The notes under the pieces are model-generated. The model did no database searches. It saw nothing but the letters and a program-made list of their open reading frames with translations, and had not been told where the DNA came from. Position numbers and translations under genes: made by a program. This document shows, in pieces, positions 10,186 to 21,390 of a DNA stretch of 64,000 nucleotides. Position 1 is the stretch's first letter. Each line of letters opens with the position of its first letter. The stretch comes from Candidatus Micrarchaeota archaeon. GTDB lineage: Archaea; Micrarchaeota; Micrarchaeia; Anstonellales; Anstonellaceae. The DNA is taken from contig JAOAKE010000002.1 in assembly GCA_026413805.1 (NCBI GenBank), forward strand, positions 3,599 to 67,598, read 5' to 3'.

Positions 10186-11658
10186 TTACATTGGCAGGCT
10201 GTCCTCCATTATCTTCCCGTAGAATTCAGCTATTTTGACCTCGTTTTGAACCCTTCGTATTATTGCCTTGGCGGCAGGATGGTCGTAGTCTGACTCTCTC
10301 AGCGACTTTATCCTTTCTATGTCCCCACTTTCTTCAGCCTCCGATATTGCTGCAAGCAGCTTCTTGAGGGACGGAGCGGCCTTGTGGTAGTTTTCAAATA
10401 GCCTGTCTGCAAGCCTTTCTGCAAGATAAATGGGTAATGCATCTTTTCTCGCGTCGTTAATGTGCTTTTGCTTGAATTCCTCGGAAAATTCCATCTTATG
10501 CGCGAGGGCGTGCGGCAAAATATTGCGGATGTCCTTTGTATCTACATGGTCTCTGCCAGCAAGCCACGCCAGGCCTTTTGCATAGAAAACAACGTCATGA
10601 GAGCGGACGCTGAAGTTGTCCTTTACAAGAATGCCAACGTAGTTTCGGTCATGGGCGTCAGTGCTTATCCCATCCTCTGCCCTTTTCACCCCATATTTTT
10701 CAGACCAGTTTATTTCAGCCTCAAGGGCAGATATTATCAGCTGCGGGTCGTTTATTGCAATCTTCCCGTTATTCCCTTCTTTTACATATGCAAGGGGGAT
10801 GGCCTCGATTTCCCTAACAGCTTCTCTTCGCTCATCATCAGTCAGGGGCTCTACTGATTTTAGCAGGTTTGCCCTGTCGGAAATAAATCGCTTGAACTCC
10901 CCTACTGGGTCCTGCCTTGAATCATCAACCAATATCTGAAGCGCCTTTTCTGAAATTTGTGGATTGGAAAGGCGCATTGCAACAAGCTTCTCAGCGTTTT
11001 CGTAGCTCAAGCAGGCGATTGAGTTGTCCATTCCCGAGTATTTGGCTTCAAGCACAAGGGAGAAGCGGTCTTTCAGCTCCCTGGTCAGGGCAAGGGACCC
11101 ATCTTCCCCAAAATTCGCAGTTGCATTAGTCGGCCTGTTTCCAATGTGTTTGCTATAGAATGAGTATTCAGCCACTCCATACTCTATCATCTTGTAAAAG
11201 AGCACTTGGTCTTCTTTTGGCAGCTGTGCTATTTCATCTATGTTCAGCACAGGCACTGCGATTGCGCCTCCCCACACTACCCTCTCCTTCCCATCTTTGT
11301 TCATGCTGCCAAAGTGCAGCCTTGCAAACATTGTCTCTGGCCGCTGGTGGGGATGCCCATTAATCATGGTCGCTTCAAAAATCTCTATCGGTATCCCGGT
11401 GTATAGCGAAGAAAAAACGAGCATCTCACGGGTTTTCCCAGTTCCCCTTCCGCCAACAGAGATTATCGCATCCCCCCTTAGGAAGCTCAGGGCTCTAAGA
11501 GAGGAGTTTAGCGGAAGCGGGATTTTTTCATCAATCTTGTCAGTCAGCGGCTCTGCGGGATGCAGGGCCATGCCATGCACTATCTTTCGGATTACCTTCT
11601 CCCTTACCTTGCTATTTTGTGTATTTTGTGTTTGCTGTGGCTTTTCGGCGCATTGCAT
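10186..11658 (-). CDS. MoxR-family AAA+ ATPase (CbbQ/NorQ/GvpN-like)
   Basis: Walker A GGRGTGKT, Walker B-like VLNIDEI and an arginine-rich sensor region are present. The layout is the classic MoxR-vWA gene pair. Confidence 0.7.
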   Translation of the reverse strand: MQCAEKPQQTQNTQNSKVREKVIRKIVHGMALHPAEPLTDKIDEKIPLPLNSSLRALSFLRGDAIISVGGRGTGKTREMLVFSSLYTGIPIEIFEATMINGHPHQRPETMFARLHFGSMNKDGKERVVWGGAIAVPVLNIDEIAQLPKEDQVLFYKMIEYGVAEYSFYSKHIGNRPTNATANFGEDGSLALTRELKDRFSLVLEAKYSGMDNSIACLSYENAEKLVAMRLSNPQISEKALQILVDDSRQDPVGEFKRFISDRANLLKSVEPLTDDERREAVREIEAIPLAYVKEGNNGKIAINDPQLIISALEAEINWSEKYGVKRAEDGISTDAHDRNYVGILVKDNFSVRSHDVVFYAKGLAWLAGRDHVDTKDIRNILPHALAHKMEFSEEFKQKHINDARKDALPIYLAERLADRLFENYHKAAPSLKKLLAAISEAEESGDIERIKSLRESDYDHPAAKAIIRRVQNEVKIAEFYGKIMEDSLPM

Positions 11659-11717
11659 ACGACCTATCCCCCACCTTAGTTTTCACTAAGCGCTAATCAT
11701 CTTGCGCCCCTTGCAGC

Positions 11718-12437
11718 TTACTCTTTCTCTTGCCCTTTTCCTTCTGATGGCTGTTTTCCAAGGACTGCATTGACAGCGTGCTTTACTTCAAGGACTGCCC
11801 ACTTAACCGCGGCATTTCCAAAGGCAGCCACGCTTGCAAGTGATGCCCCTACTGCCAAGGGAGCTGCGGGCGAGCCCGAAACAATGGTCGCTACTGCTGC
11901 TGTGCCAGTGGCAACCACCGCGGCCCCGGACAGGGGCAGCACCTTCTTTTTCATAGAGCCTATGGCATTCCTGCTTTCATCGTTTAGTTTCCCCACAACA
12001 GCGGCGATGGGCGCAGCTTCAAATTTTTCTCCCAAGACGTCCTTTGCCATCCAAACCGCGTCTGATGCTTTCAGCAAATTATCTGTTTTTTTAAGCGGGC
12101 CCGAACCCCCTGCCCTGTTAACGACAAAATCGGCGCTTTCAATGAGTGCCAGTCCAAACTCCTTGCGCACCCTTTCAAACCTCTCCATTTCGTGGCGCAT
12201 CATCTTGTTTTGCTCATGCCCTTGCGAGGCAGGGAGCCCACCCATCACCATAAGGGATACGTCCCTCTCTTTTTTGTATTTAGCCCATTTTATAGCCACG
12301 TCTTTTTCCATCTGTGCTGGAAGATTCAGGCTGGCTAAAAACCTCTTCATCTCCTTGTCCTTCATCATTGCTGGATTTGGCTTGGCATTTGCTAACCTCA
12401 TATTATCTAACCTCCCTGGTGCCTTTTTTCTTTTCAT
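11718..12437 (-). CDS. hypothetical protein with Ala/Gly-rich C-terminal segment, first gene of the minus-strand cluster
   Basis: 239-aa ORF 59 nt upstream of the MoxR gene. The C-terminus LSGAAVVATGTAAVATIVSGSPAAPLAVGASLASVAAFG is a possible membrane or fibrous segment. Confidence 0.45.
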   Translation of the reverse strand: MKRKKAPGRLDNMRLANAKPNPAMMKDKEMKRFLASLNLPAQMEKDVAIKWAKYKKERDVSLMVMGGLPASQGHEQNKMMRHEMERFERVRKEFGLALIESADFVVNRAGGSGPLKKTDNLLKASDAVWMAKDVLGEKFEAAPIAAVVGKLNDESRNAIGSMKKKVLPLSGAAVVATGTAAVATIVSGSPAAPLAVGASLASVAAFGNAAVKWAVLEVKHAVNAVLGKQPSEGKGQEKE

Positions 12438-12513
12438 GCGGCTGTTTATTCCCGAGTAGAAATGCTTTTAAAACAAACGCGAGTCGCAGCTATGCTTTGG
12501 CAGGTTGGGCACA

Positions 12514-12528
12514 ATCTTTTATAAACTT
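12514..12528 (+). promoter_or_regulatory. TATA box (TTTTATAAA) of the rpoH-rpoB-rpoA operon in a divergent intergenic region
   Basis: AT-rich box about 45 nt upstream of the rpoH start. The intergenic region is shared with the oppositely oriented cluster. Confidence 0.3.
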
Positions 12529-12569
12529 TTTCTTGCTAATAACCCCCTACTGTCCCGATTAAGTTAGGT

Positions 12570-12800
12570 GTGGCTTTGCCCGAGCGTCAACCCCCATCAC
12601 ATGAATTGATACCTCAGCATAGGCTATTGAAAAAAGAAGAAGCCGAGAAAGTTTTGGCAGAGTTTAAAGTTTCAGCCCTGCAGATTCCAAAAATAAAGGC
12701 AAAAGACGCGGCTCTTATAGGCACCGGGGCAAAGGCGGGGCAGATAGTTGAGATTACAAGAAGCGATGGCTCGCGAAACTACAGGCTAGTAGTTGATTAG
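12570..12800 (+). CDS. rpoH: DNA-directed RNA polymerase subunit H (Rpb5 homolog)
   Basis: HELIPQHRLL..EEAEKVL...LPKIKAKD.ALIGTGAKAGQIVEITR.S...NYRLVV matches the RpoH family. It likely uses a GTG start. Confidence 0.85.
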   Translation: MALPERQPPSHELIPQHRLLKKEEAEKVLAEFKVSALQIPKIKAKDAALIGTGAKAGQIVEITRSDGSRNYRLVVD

Positions 12801-12808
12801 CCCAGCCC

Positions 12809-14302
12809 TTGCAAGGAAGTGATGTTTCAATGCGCGGAGAGCTCCTCACAGCATATTTCAAGGAAAACAGCCTGGTAAAGCAGCACCTCGACTCTTACAA
12901 CAAGTTCGTAGAACACGGCTTGCAAAGCATAGTAAATAGGGTGGGCGTGATCCAGCCATCGGTTGAGGGCTTTGAGCTGCGATTCGGGCAGATACGGCTT
13001 GAAAAGCCAAAGATAATAGAGGCTGACGGCTCGCAGCGGCCGATTTACCCCTCTGAGGCAAGGCTTCGCAACCTCACTTATGCTGCCCCTATTTTTCTTG
13101 AAATAATCCCTGTTTTTAACGGAGTTGAAAAGACAATCTTTTCAGAAGTCTTCATAGGCGAGCTTCCAGTAATGGTCAAGTCCAAGCTGTGCTACCTTGA
13201 CAACATGAGCGAAGAGGAGCTAATTGAGGCAGGCGAAGACCCCGCAGACCCTGGCGGCTATTTTATAATAAATGGCTCTGAGCGAGTCCTAACTTCAATA
13301 GAAGACCTTGCCCCAAACAGGATAATGTGCACGCGCGAAAAAGAAAACATGCTCGTCACTGCCAAGGTATTCTCCACACGCTTTGGGTTTCGCGCGAGGT
13401 GCGTTGTGGAGCGAACCAATGAAGGCTTCATGAGGGTGGTTTTCCCGGCTTCTCCAAAGGACCTGCCCCTGACAACAACCCTCCGCGCCTTGGGGCTTGA
13501 AAAGAAAGAGCAAATCCTCTCTGCCTTTTCACAAGAGAAGCACATACGAAATGACATTTTGCTCAATCTTGAGCTGGACACCACCAACAACAAGGAAAGC
13601 GCAATGGAATTCCTGGGCAAAAAGGCCGCCCCTGGCCAGGCGCAGGATTACCGCGAAAAGCGGGCTGAAATTCTTCTTGACACCTACCTTCTTCCACACA
13701 TAGGCACCACCCCTGAGGACAGGCTCAAAAAGGCGCATTACCTTTGCAAAATGGCAGAGCACGCAATAAGGGTGGCACACAGGGAGATACCCCAAGATGA
13801 CAAGGACCACTATGCAAACAAGAGAATCAAGCTGGCAGGGGACTTAATGGAAGACCTTTTCCGCTATGCCTTCCAGTTTTTGGTGAAAGACGTTGCATAC
13901 CAAGCAGGGAGGGCAGATGCCCGCGGAAGGCACTTGGCAGTGCAGACTCTTGTCCGCCCAGACGCGCTTTCCGACAGGATACGCTACTCAATGGCAACAG
14001 GAAACTGGATAGCCGGGCAGACAGGCGTTTCGCAGCTTCTTGACCGAACCAGCTTCCTTTCTTCTACCTCGCATCTTCGCCGCATCATTTCTCCCCTTTC
14101 AAGAAAGCACCCGCACTTCAAGGCACGCGACCTGCATGGCACTCACTGGGGGAAGCTCTGCCCAAATGAGTCGCCCGAAGGGCCATCGTGCGCCCTTGTA
14201 AAGAACATGTCGCTGCTTTGCGAGATTTCCATTGGCGAAGACGAACGCACCATAGAAGAGATGGTCAACAAGCTTGGGGTAAAGATGAGCCCAATAAGGT
14301 AA
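12809..14302 (+). CDS. rpoB2: RNA polymerase subunit B'' (N-terminal half of split RpoB)
   Basis: The N-terminal conserved RpoB regions and its position between rpoH and rpoB' support the call. The stop lies 6 nt before the rpoB' ATG. Confidence 0.9.
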   Translation: MQGSDVSMRGELLTAYFKENSLVKQHLDSYNKFVEHGLQSIVNRVGVIQPSVEGFELRFGQIRLEKPKIIEADGSQRPIYPSEARLRNLTYAAPIFLEIIPVFNGVEKTIFSEVFIGELPVMVKSKLCYLDNMSEEELIEAGEDPADPGGYFIINGSERVLTSIEDLAPNRIMCTREKENMLVTAKVFSTRFGFRARCVVERTNEGFMRVVFPASPKDLPLTTTLRALGLEKKEQILSAFSQEKHIRNDILLNLELDTTNNKESAMEFLGKKAAPGQAQDYREKRAEILLDTYLLPHIGTTPEDRLKKAHYLCKMAEHAIRVAHREIPQDDKDHYANKRIKLAGDLMEDLFRYAFQFLVKDVAYQAGRADARGRHLAVQTLVRPDALSDRIRYSMATGNWIAGQTGVSQLLDRTSFLSSTSHLRRIISPLSRKHPHFKARDLHGTHWGKLCPNESPEGPSCALVKNMSLLCEISIGEDERTIEEMVNKLGVKMSPIR

Positions 14303-14307
14303 TTCTT

Positions 14308-16182
14308 ATGCGCCGCAAAATAAAGAGAAAGAAAAAGAAGAAAATTTCACATCTTGGCGAGGCCATTTCATTTGCCCACACCAGTGTCTATGTCAATGGC
14401 AGGCTGGTTGGCTACCATGAAAATGGCGAAGTCCTTCTCGCCGAGCTTAAAAACAGGCGCAGGCAAGGGGCAATCTCGCAGCAAGTTAATTTCCACTACA
14501 GAAAAAGCACAGATGAGCTTTTCATCAACACAGACTCAGGCAGGGCAAGGCGCCCCTACATAGTAGTAGAAAATGGGCAGTCTCGCCTCACCCCTGCCCT
14601 CCTTGAGCAGCTCAAAAGAGGCGAAATATCCTGGAGCAGCCTAATCAAGCTCGGGGTAATTGAGTACCTGGACGCAGAAGAGGAGGAGGGAGCCTATGTC
14701 GCACTTCGCGAGGAAGACCTCACGCCAGAGCACACCCACCTTGAGCTTGACCCCGTCTCAATCTTCGGAGTCACTGTATCCATCCTTCCTTACCCAGAAT
14801 ACAACTCTTCTCCGAGGATTACCATGGCATGCGCCATGGCAAAGCAATCGCTTGGCACCTACCTTGTAAATTTCAACATGCGCAACGACTCGCGCGCCCA
14901 CATACTTTACTACCCCCAGCAGCCCCTTGTCCAGACACAGCCCTATCGCCTGCTTGGCTTTGCAGAGAGGGCAGCAGGCCAAAACTTTGTGGTGGCAATT
15001 ACCTCTTCTTACGGATACAATATCGGCGATGCAGTAGTAATGAACAAAAATGCAATTGACCGAGGGCTTGGCAGGAGCGTTTTTTACAAGTCTTATGAAA
15101 CAGAGGAGAGGCGCTATCCAGGCGGGCAGCGGGACACATTTGAAATACCGCCTCCAACTACTACCGGCTACCGAGAAGAAAGAGTATACCGCTTTTTGGG
15201 GGAAGATGGCATAATCTCCCCAGAATGCGAGGTGCAGGGCAAGGATGTGCTTGTTGGAAAGACCTCTCCGCCTCGCTTCTTGGAGGAAATAACAGTGTTC
15301 GGGGTTATTGAGGAAAAGAAGCGCGAGTCTTCCCTGGTATTAAAGTCAGGGGAAGAGGGCGTGGTAGATTCGGTAATGCTTACTGACTCTCTTGCAGGCA
15401 CCAAGCTGGTAAAAGTGCGCGTGCGCTCAATAAAGATACCTGAAGTTGGCGACAAGTTCGCATCTCGGCACGGCCAAAAAGGAGTCATCGGGCTGCTTCG
15501 CCCGCAGGAGGACATGCCATTTACTGCAGACGGCATAGTGCCTGACTTAATAATTAACCCACATGCAATTCCCTCCCGTATGACAATTGGGCACCTTCTT
15601 GAAATGCTGGGCGGCAAGGCAGCCTGCTTTAAGGGCAATTTTGTAGACGCCACGTCCTTCACAGGAGACAGGGAAGAAGAAATCCGCAAGATAATGAAGG
15701 AGTATGGGCTGGACGAATATGGCGAAGAGGTGCTCTATGATGGCATCACAGGAAAGCCCTGCAAGGCAAAAATCTTCATAGGAGTGATATATTACCAAAA
15801 GCTTCACCATCTTGTTTCAAACAAGATGCACGTGCGCTCGCGAGGGCCGGTCCAGCTGCTCACCCACCAGCCAACCGAAGGGCGCTCGCGGGAGGGCGGC
15901 TTGAGGTTCGGGGAAATGGAGCGCGACTGCCTCATCGGTTATGGCGCCTCCATGCTGCTCAAAGAGAGGCTGCTTGACGAGTCTGACAAAACTACCCTGC
16001 TAGTCTGTGAAAAATGCGGCTCAATCGGGTACCATGATTTTGTCAAGAATCGCGACCGCTGCCCCCTCTGTGACGATTCAAGGCTGGAGCCAATAGAAAT
16101 GAGCTATGCCTTCAAGCTCCTGCTTGACGAGATAGAGTCGCTTGGGATTTTCCCGCGGCTCATATTGAGGGATAAAGCATAG
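14308..16182 (+). CDS. rpoB1: RNA polymerase subunit B' (C-terminal half of split RpoB)
   Basis: Conserved RpoB C-terminal regions are present, including the Zn-ribbon CEKCGSIGYHDFVKNRDRCPLCDDS. The true start is the ATG at 14308. The listed ORF from 14188 is an upstream in-frame extension overlapping rpoB''. Confidence 0.9.
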   Translation: MRRKIKRKKKKKISHLGEAISFAHTSVYVNGRLVGYHENGEVLLAELKNRRRQGAISQQVNFHYRKSTDELFINTDSGRARRPYIVVENGQSRLTPALLEQLKRGEISWSSLIKLGVIEYLDAEEEEGAYVALREEDLTPEHTHLELDPVSIFGVTVSILPYPEYNSSPRITMACAMAKQSLGTYLVNFNMRNDSRAHILYYPQQPLVQTQPYRLLGFAERAAGQNFVVAITSSYGYNIGDAVVMNKNAIDRGLGRSVFYKSYETEERRYPGGQRDTFEIPPPTTTGYREERVYRFLGEDGIISPECEVQGKDVLVGKTSPPRFLEEITVFGVIEEKKRESSLVLKSGEEGVVDSVMLTDSLAGTKLVKVRVRSIKIPEVGDKFASRHGQKGVIGLLRPQEDMPFTADGIVPDLIINPHAIPSRMTIGHLLEMLGGKAACFKGNFVDATSFTGDREEEIRKIMKEYGLDEYGEEVLYDGITGKPCKAKIFIGVIYYQKLHHLVSNKMHVRSRGPVQLLTHQPTEGRSREGGLRFGEMERDCLIGYGASMLLKERLLDESDKTTLLVCEKCGSIGYHDFVKNRDRCPLCDDSRLEPIEMSYAFKLLLDEIESLGIFPRLILRDKA

Positions 16183-16196
16183 TTTGCGCTGATGGT

Positions 16197-18752
16197 GTGC
16201 ATATGATTGTAACAAAGATGATTGACCGAATAAAATTCTCCCTCTTCTCGCCAGAGATGATACGCAAAATGTCCAGCGCAAAAATCACGGTGCCAGACAC
16301 CTACAACGACGACTCCTACCCAATTGACGGAGGGCTGATGGACCTTCGCATGGGAGTAATTGACCCAGGGCTCAAATGCAAAGTCTGTGGCGGGACCATT
16401 CGCAGCTGCCCAGGCCACTACGGGCATATTGAGTTGGTCCGCCCAGTAATCCACCCTGAATTTGCAAAGACCATCCTTTTCATACTAAAATCTACCTGCC
16501 ATTCCTGCAAGCGGGTTTTGATACACCAAGAAGAAGCAGAGGAACTTGCGCAAAAGATTGAAAGAGACATAGAGGACGAGATGAAGAGCAAGACAAAGAA
16601 GAGGTCGCACTGCCCGCACTGCAAGACGAAAATACCGGAGATAAAGCTCCTGCGCCCGACTTCCTTCTTCAAAGACAACCAATCCATGCTCCCAACTGAA
16701 ATACGCGACTGGCTTGCAGCCATTTCAGACAGGGACTTGCGCGTGCTTGGGATTGACCCGCAATACGCGCGGCCTGAGTGGATGGTCCTTACCGCCCTGA
16801 TAGTCCCTTCAGTCTCAGTCCGCCCTTCAATAACCCTTGAAACAGGCGACCGCTCAGAAGACGACCTAACGCACAAGCTAGTGGACATAATGAGGATAAA
16901 CCAGCGGCTTGAGGCAAACATAAATGCCGGGGCTCCGCAGCTTATAATTGAAGACTTATGGGAGCTTGTCCAGTACCACGTTACAACCTACTTCAACAAC
17001 GAGACCTCCAACATCCCCCCTGCCCGCCACCGCTCAGGCAGGCCGCTCAAGACGCTGAGCCAGAGGCTAAAAGGAAAGGAGGGAAGGTTCAGGTACAACC
17101 TCTCAGGCAAAAGGGTCAATTTCTCGGCAAGGACAGTAATTTCTCCTGACCCCAATATCTCAATTTCAGAAGTCGGGGTTCCACAGCAAGTGGCAGAAGA
17201 AATGACAGTCCCAATCAGGGTGACCAGCTGGAACATAGAAGACTGCAAAAAGTTCATTTTGTCTGACAACTACCCGCGCGCCGAGTATGTCATAAGGCCA
17301 GATGGCAAAAGAATCCGAGTCACCCCCTCTGCGCGCGAGGAGATACTTGCCACCTTTGGCGCAGGCTATGTTGTGGAGCGCCAGCTCATGGACGGCGACA
17401 TTGTTCTTTTCAACAGGCAGCCGTCATTGCACAGGATATCTATAATGTGCCACACTGTAAAGGTGCTGCCTGGAAAGACCTTTAGGCTCAACCCAGTGGT
17501 TTGCCCACCATACAACGCCGACTTTGACGGCGACGAAATGAACCTGCACGTGATACAAAATGAGGAGGCAAGGGTAGAAGCAGAGATACTCATGAAAGTG
17601 CACCACCAGATAATTTCGCCTCGGCATGGGCATGCCATAATCAAGCCGCAGGAAGACTATGTTTCAGGGGCATACTTTTTCACCAAGCAGACAACTGAAT
17701 TTACAAAGAGCGAGGCATGCCAGCTTCTTGCTATGGCAGGGATTTCACGCCTGCCCAAGCCTGACCGAGGCGACAAATACTCCGGCAAGCTCATTTTTTC
17801 CATGCTCCTTCCAAAAGAGCTTAACATAAAGGTAAAAAGCAAGATGCAAAAGTCAAAGGACCCAGCCGAAGACCCAGATTCACTGATAGTCATCAAAAAT
17901 GGGATACTTGTCTCAGGCGCCCTTGAAAGCCGCTCTTATGAAAACGAAATACTTGAGCAGATATTCCACACAAGAGGGCCAGATGAGGCCAGGCGCTTCA
18001 TAGATACCTCTACCCACATGCTTCTTGAGGTCATTTCACAGCACGGGCTTTCAGTCTCCCTCAAAAACTACTCAATTGACCTAGAAAGCGCAAAGAAGCT
18101 TGCCGAGCTGCAGGATGACATGAAAAGAGAGATCGAGGCAGCCATCGTGCAATACAAAAACAAGACACTTGAGCGCTCGCCTGGCCTGTCGCTGCGCGAG
18201 TCGCTTGAGGAAAGGATAATGCAAATAACTTCCCGTGCAAGGGAGGCAGCGGGGGTGCTTGTGGAAAAATCCCTTGGCTTTGATAATACTGCTATCATTA
18301 TGGCAAAGATAGGGGCGCGAGGCTCCCTTCTCAATGCAATCCAGATGGCTGCCATGCTTGGCCAGCAAGCAGTGCGAAGCAAGAGGCTAACGCGCGGATA
18401 CCGGGGGCGCACCCTCATACACTTTAAGAAAAACGACCTTGGGGCTGCCTCGCGGGGCTTTATCTTCGGTTCATTCAAGACAGGGCTCTCCCCTACAGAA
18501 TTTTTCCACCACTCAATGGGCGGCCGCGAATCACTTGTCAATACTGCCATCAGGACTGCCCGCTCAGGCTACATGCAGCGCAGGTTGATAAACGCATTGC
18601 AGGACATGGTGGTTGCACAGGACTTGTCGGTGCGCGACTCGCGAGGCGTAATAGTCCAGTTCAAATATGGCGGTGACGGGTATGACCCGATAAAAGCAAA
18701 TGTCAAGACCGAGGCTCCAGAAGAAATCAGAAGGGAGGAGCACGAGGCATAA
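16197..18752 (+). CDS. rpoA1: RNA polymerase subunit A' (N-terminal part of split RpoA)
   Basis: The Zn-binding CKVCGG...CPGHYGHIEL motif and the NADFDGDEMN catalytic loop are present. Confidence 0.92.
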   Translation: MHMIVTKMIDRIKFSLFSPEMIRKMSSAKITVPDTYNDDSYPIDGGLMDLRMGVIDPGLKCKVCGGTIRSCPGHYGHIELVRPVIHPEFAKTILFILKSTCHSCKRVLIHQEEAEELAQKIERDIEDEMKSKTKKRSHCPHCKTKIPEIKLLRPTSFFKDNQSMLPTEIRDWLAAISDRDLRVLGIDPQYARPEWMVLTALIVPSVSVRPSITLETGDRSEDDLTHKLVDIMRINQRLEANINAGAPQLIIEDLWELVQYHVTTYFNNETSNIPPARHRSGRPLKTLSQRLKGKEGRFRYNLSGKRVNFSARTVISPDPNISISEVGVPQQVAEEMTVPIRVTSWNIEDCKKFILSDNYPRAEYVIRPDGKRIRVTPSAREEILATFGAGYVVERQLMDGDIVLFNRQPSLHRISIMCHTVKVLPGKTFRLNPVVCPPYNADFDGDEMNLHVIQNEEARVEAEILMKVHHQIISPRHGHAIIKPQEDYVSGAYFFTKQTTEFTKSEACQLLAMAGISRLPKPDRGDKYSGKLIFSMLLPKELNIKVKSKMQKSKDPAEDPDSLIVIKNGILVSGALESRSYENEILEQIFHTRGPDEARRFIDTSTHMLLEVISQHGLSVSLKNYSIDLESAKKLAELQDDMKREIEAAIVQYKNKTLERSPGLSLRESLEERIMQITSRAREAAGVLVEKSLGFDNTAIIMAKIGARGSLLNAIQMAAMLGQQAVRSKRLTRGYRGRTLIHFKKNDLGAASRGFIFGSFKTGLSPTEFFHHSMGGRESLVNTAIRTARSGYMQRRLINALQDMVVAQDLSVRDSRGVIVQFKYGGDGYDPIKANVKTEAPEEIRREEHEA

Positions 18753-18764
18753 GGAGGTTATGGC

Positions 18765-20107
<1,343 letters not shown>

Positions 20108-20168
20108 GGTGCTTCTTTTTATTGCTTATGTTTCATATTTGGAGGCTTTGTTGCCTTGGGTTGTTTTG

Positions 20169-20504
20169 ATGGCAAGAAAAAAATCAGCTTCATCGGAGAC
20201 GCGCGGGAGTGGTCTTGCGCGAGCCATCCGCCAGTGCGTAGATTCAGGAAGGGTGGAGTTTGGCGCCAATTCCAGCTTAAAAAGGGCTCTTATTGGGGCT
20301 GCCAAGCTCTTTGTATTGGCTTCAAACTGCCCAAGGGAAGTGGCACAGGACATCCAGAGATTTGCAAAGCTTTCAGGAGTCCCTGTGATAGTCTTCGAGG
20401 GCAGCGCAGTGGAGCTTGGGACCATCGCCGGAAGGCCCCATCCAGTAGCAGTGCTATCTGTCTTGGATGCTGGCACCTCTGAAATTATGGCATTTGCAAA
20501 ATAA
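20169..20504 (+). CDS. rpl30e: ribosomal protein L30e
   Basis: L30e/L7Ae-fold sequence in the canonical position after rpoA''. Start at the internal ATG (MARKKSAS...). Confidence 0.8.
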   Translation: MARKKSASSETRGSGLARAIRQCVDSGRVEFGANSSLKRALIGAAKLFVLASNCPREVAQDIQRFAKLSGVPVIVFEGSAVELGTIAGRPHPVAVLSVLDAGTSEIMAFAK

Positions 20505-20514
20505 AGTGAAATTG

Positions 20515-20937
20515 ATGGTTGAGCTTTCCAATGATGAAATGAAGTGCATTGCCTCGTTTGAGTCGGTCACAGGCGCAACAGTAAAAGACTGCCTGATAAC
20601 AGACGAGGCAGTTGCATTCATCGTAAAGGAGGGGGATTTGGGGAGGGCAATAGGCAGAAAGGGGGCAAACATCACCCGCGTGCGGCAGATGTTCGCGCGG
20701 CAGGTGCTTGTGTTTGAGGACTCTGAGAACATAGAGCAATTCATAAGAAACCTTTTCGGCAGCGTGCCGGTGAAGAATATAAACATTCATGAGAAAATGG
20801 AATCAAAGGTGGCATATGTATTGGTTGATGGGGCAGACAGGGGCGCAGCAATAGGAAAAGACGGCAACCGCATAAAGCTTGGCAGGGCCATCTTGCAGCG
20901 CCGGTTTGGCTGCGACCTTCGCCTGGTGTCAAAGTAA
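20515..20937 (+). CDS. nusA: transcription elongation factor NusA-like (archaeal, two KH domains)
   Basis: The KH GxxG motifs [11 protein letters not shown] and [11 protein letters not shown] are present. The L30e-NusA-S12-S7 order is conserved. Confidence 0.85.
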   Translation: MVELSNDEMKCIASFESVTGATVKDCLITDEAVAFIVKEGDLGRAIGRKGANITRVRQMFARQVLVFEDSENIEQFIRNLFGSVPVKNINIHEKMESKVAYVLVDGADRGAAIGKDGNRIKLGRAILQRRFGCDLRLVSK

Positions 20938-20948
20938 GAGTGGTTTTT

Positions 20949-21377
20949 ATGGGAAGAGGGGAGCTTTCAGGAAGGGCAATATACATGAAGCGCAAGCGCC
21001 AGCGGTGGCTTAAGAAAACCTGGAAGCGCAGGGCGCTGAGGCTCAAGGAAAAGCACGACCCGTTAGAAGGCGCGCCGATGGCAAAGGGCATTGTGATTGA
21101 AAAGAAGGCACTTGAGCAAAAGCAGCCGCATTCTGGGCTTATAAAATGCGTCAAGATACAGCTTGTGAAAAACGGAAAGTTCATTACTGCATTTGCGCCG
21201 CGCACAGGGGCAATCAACTACATAGACGAGCACGATGAGGTCACTGTTGATGGGCTTGGAGGCTCGCAGCGTGGGCAGATGGGCTCTATTCCCGGCGTGC
21301 GCTACAAGGTGATAAAAGTCAATGGCGTAGACCTTCAAATGCTGGTGCAAAAAAGAAAGGAGAAGCCGCGCAGGTAA
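20949..21377 (+). CDS. rps12: ribosomal protein S12
   Basis: Archaeal S12/S23e family (…[17 protein letters not shown]…[11 protein letters not shown]…). Confidence 0.88.
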   Translation: MGRGELSGRAIYMKRKRQRWLKKTWKRRALRLKEKHDPLEGAPMAKGIVIEKKALEQKQPHSGLIKCVKIQLVKNGKFITAFAPRTGAINYIDEHDEVTVDGLGGSQRGQMGSIPGVRYKVIKVNGVDLQMLVQKRKEKPRR

Positions 21378-21390
21378 GAGGTAATTTTGC

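Noticed and set aside
14188-14307. 5' extension of the rpoB' ORF overlapping the end of rpoB''
   Set aside because: The extension is basic low-complexity translation of the rpoB'' 3' end in another frame. The conserved RpoB' N-terminus begins at the ATG at 14308, right after the rpoB'' stop.
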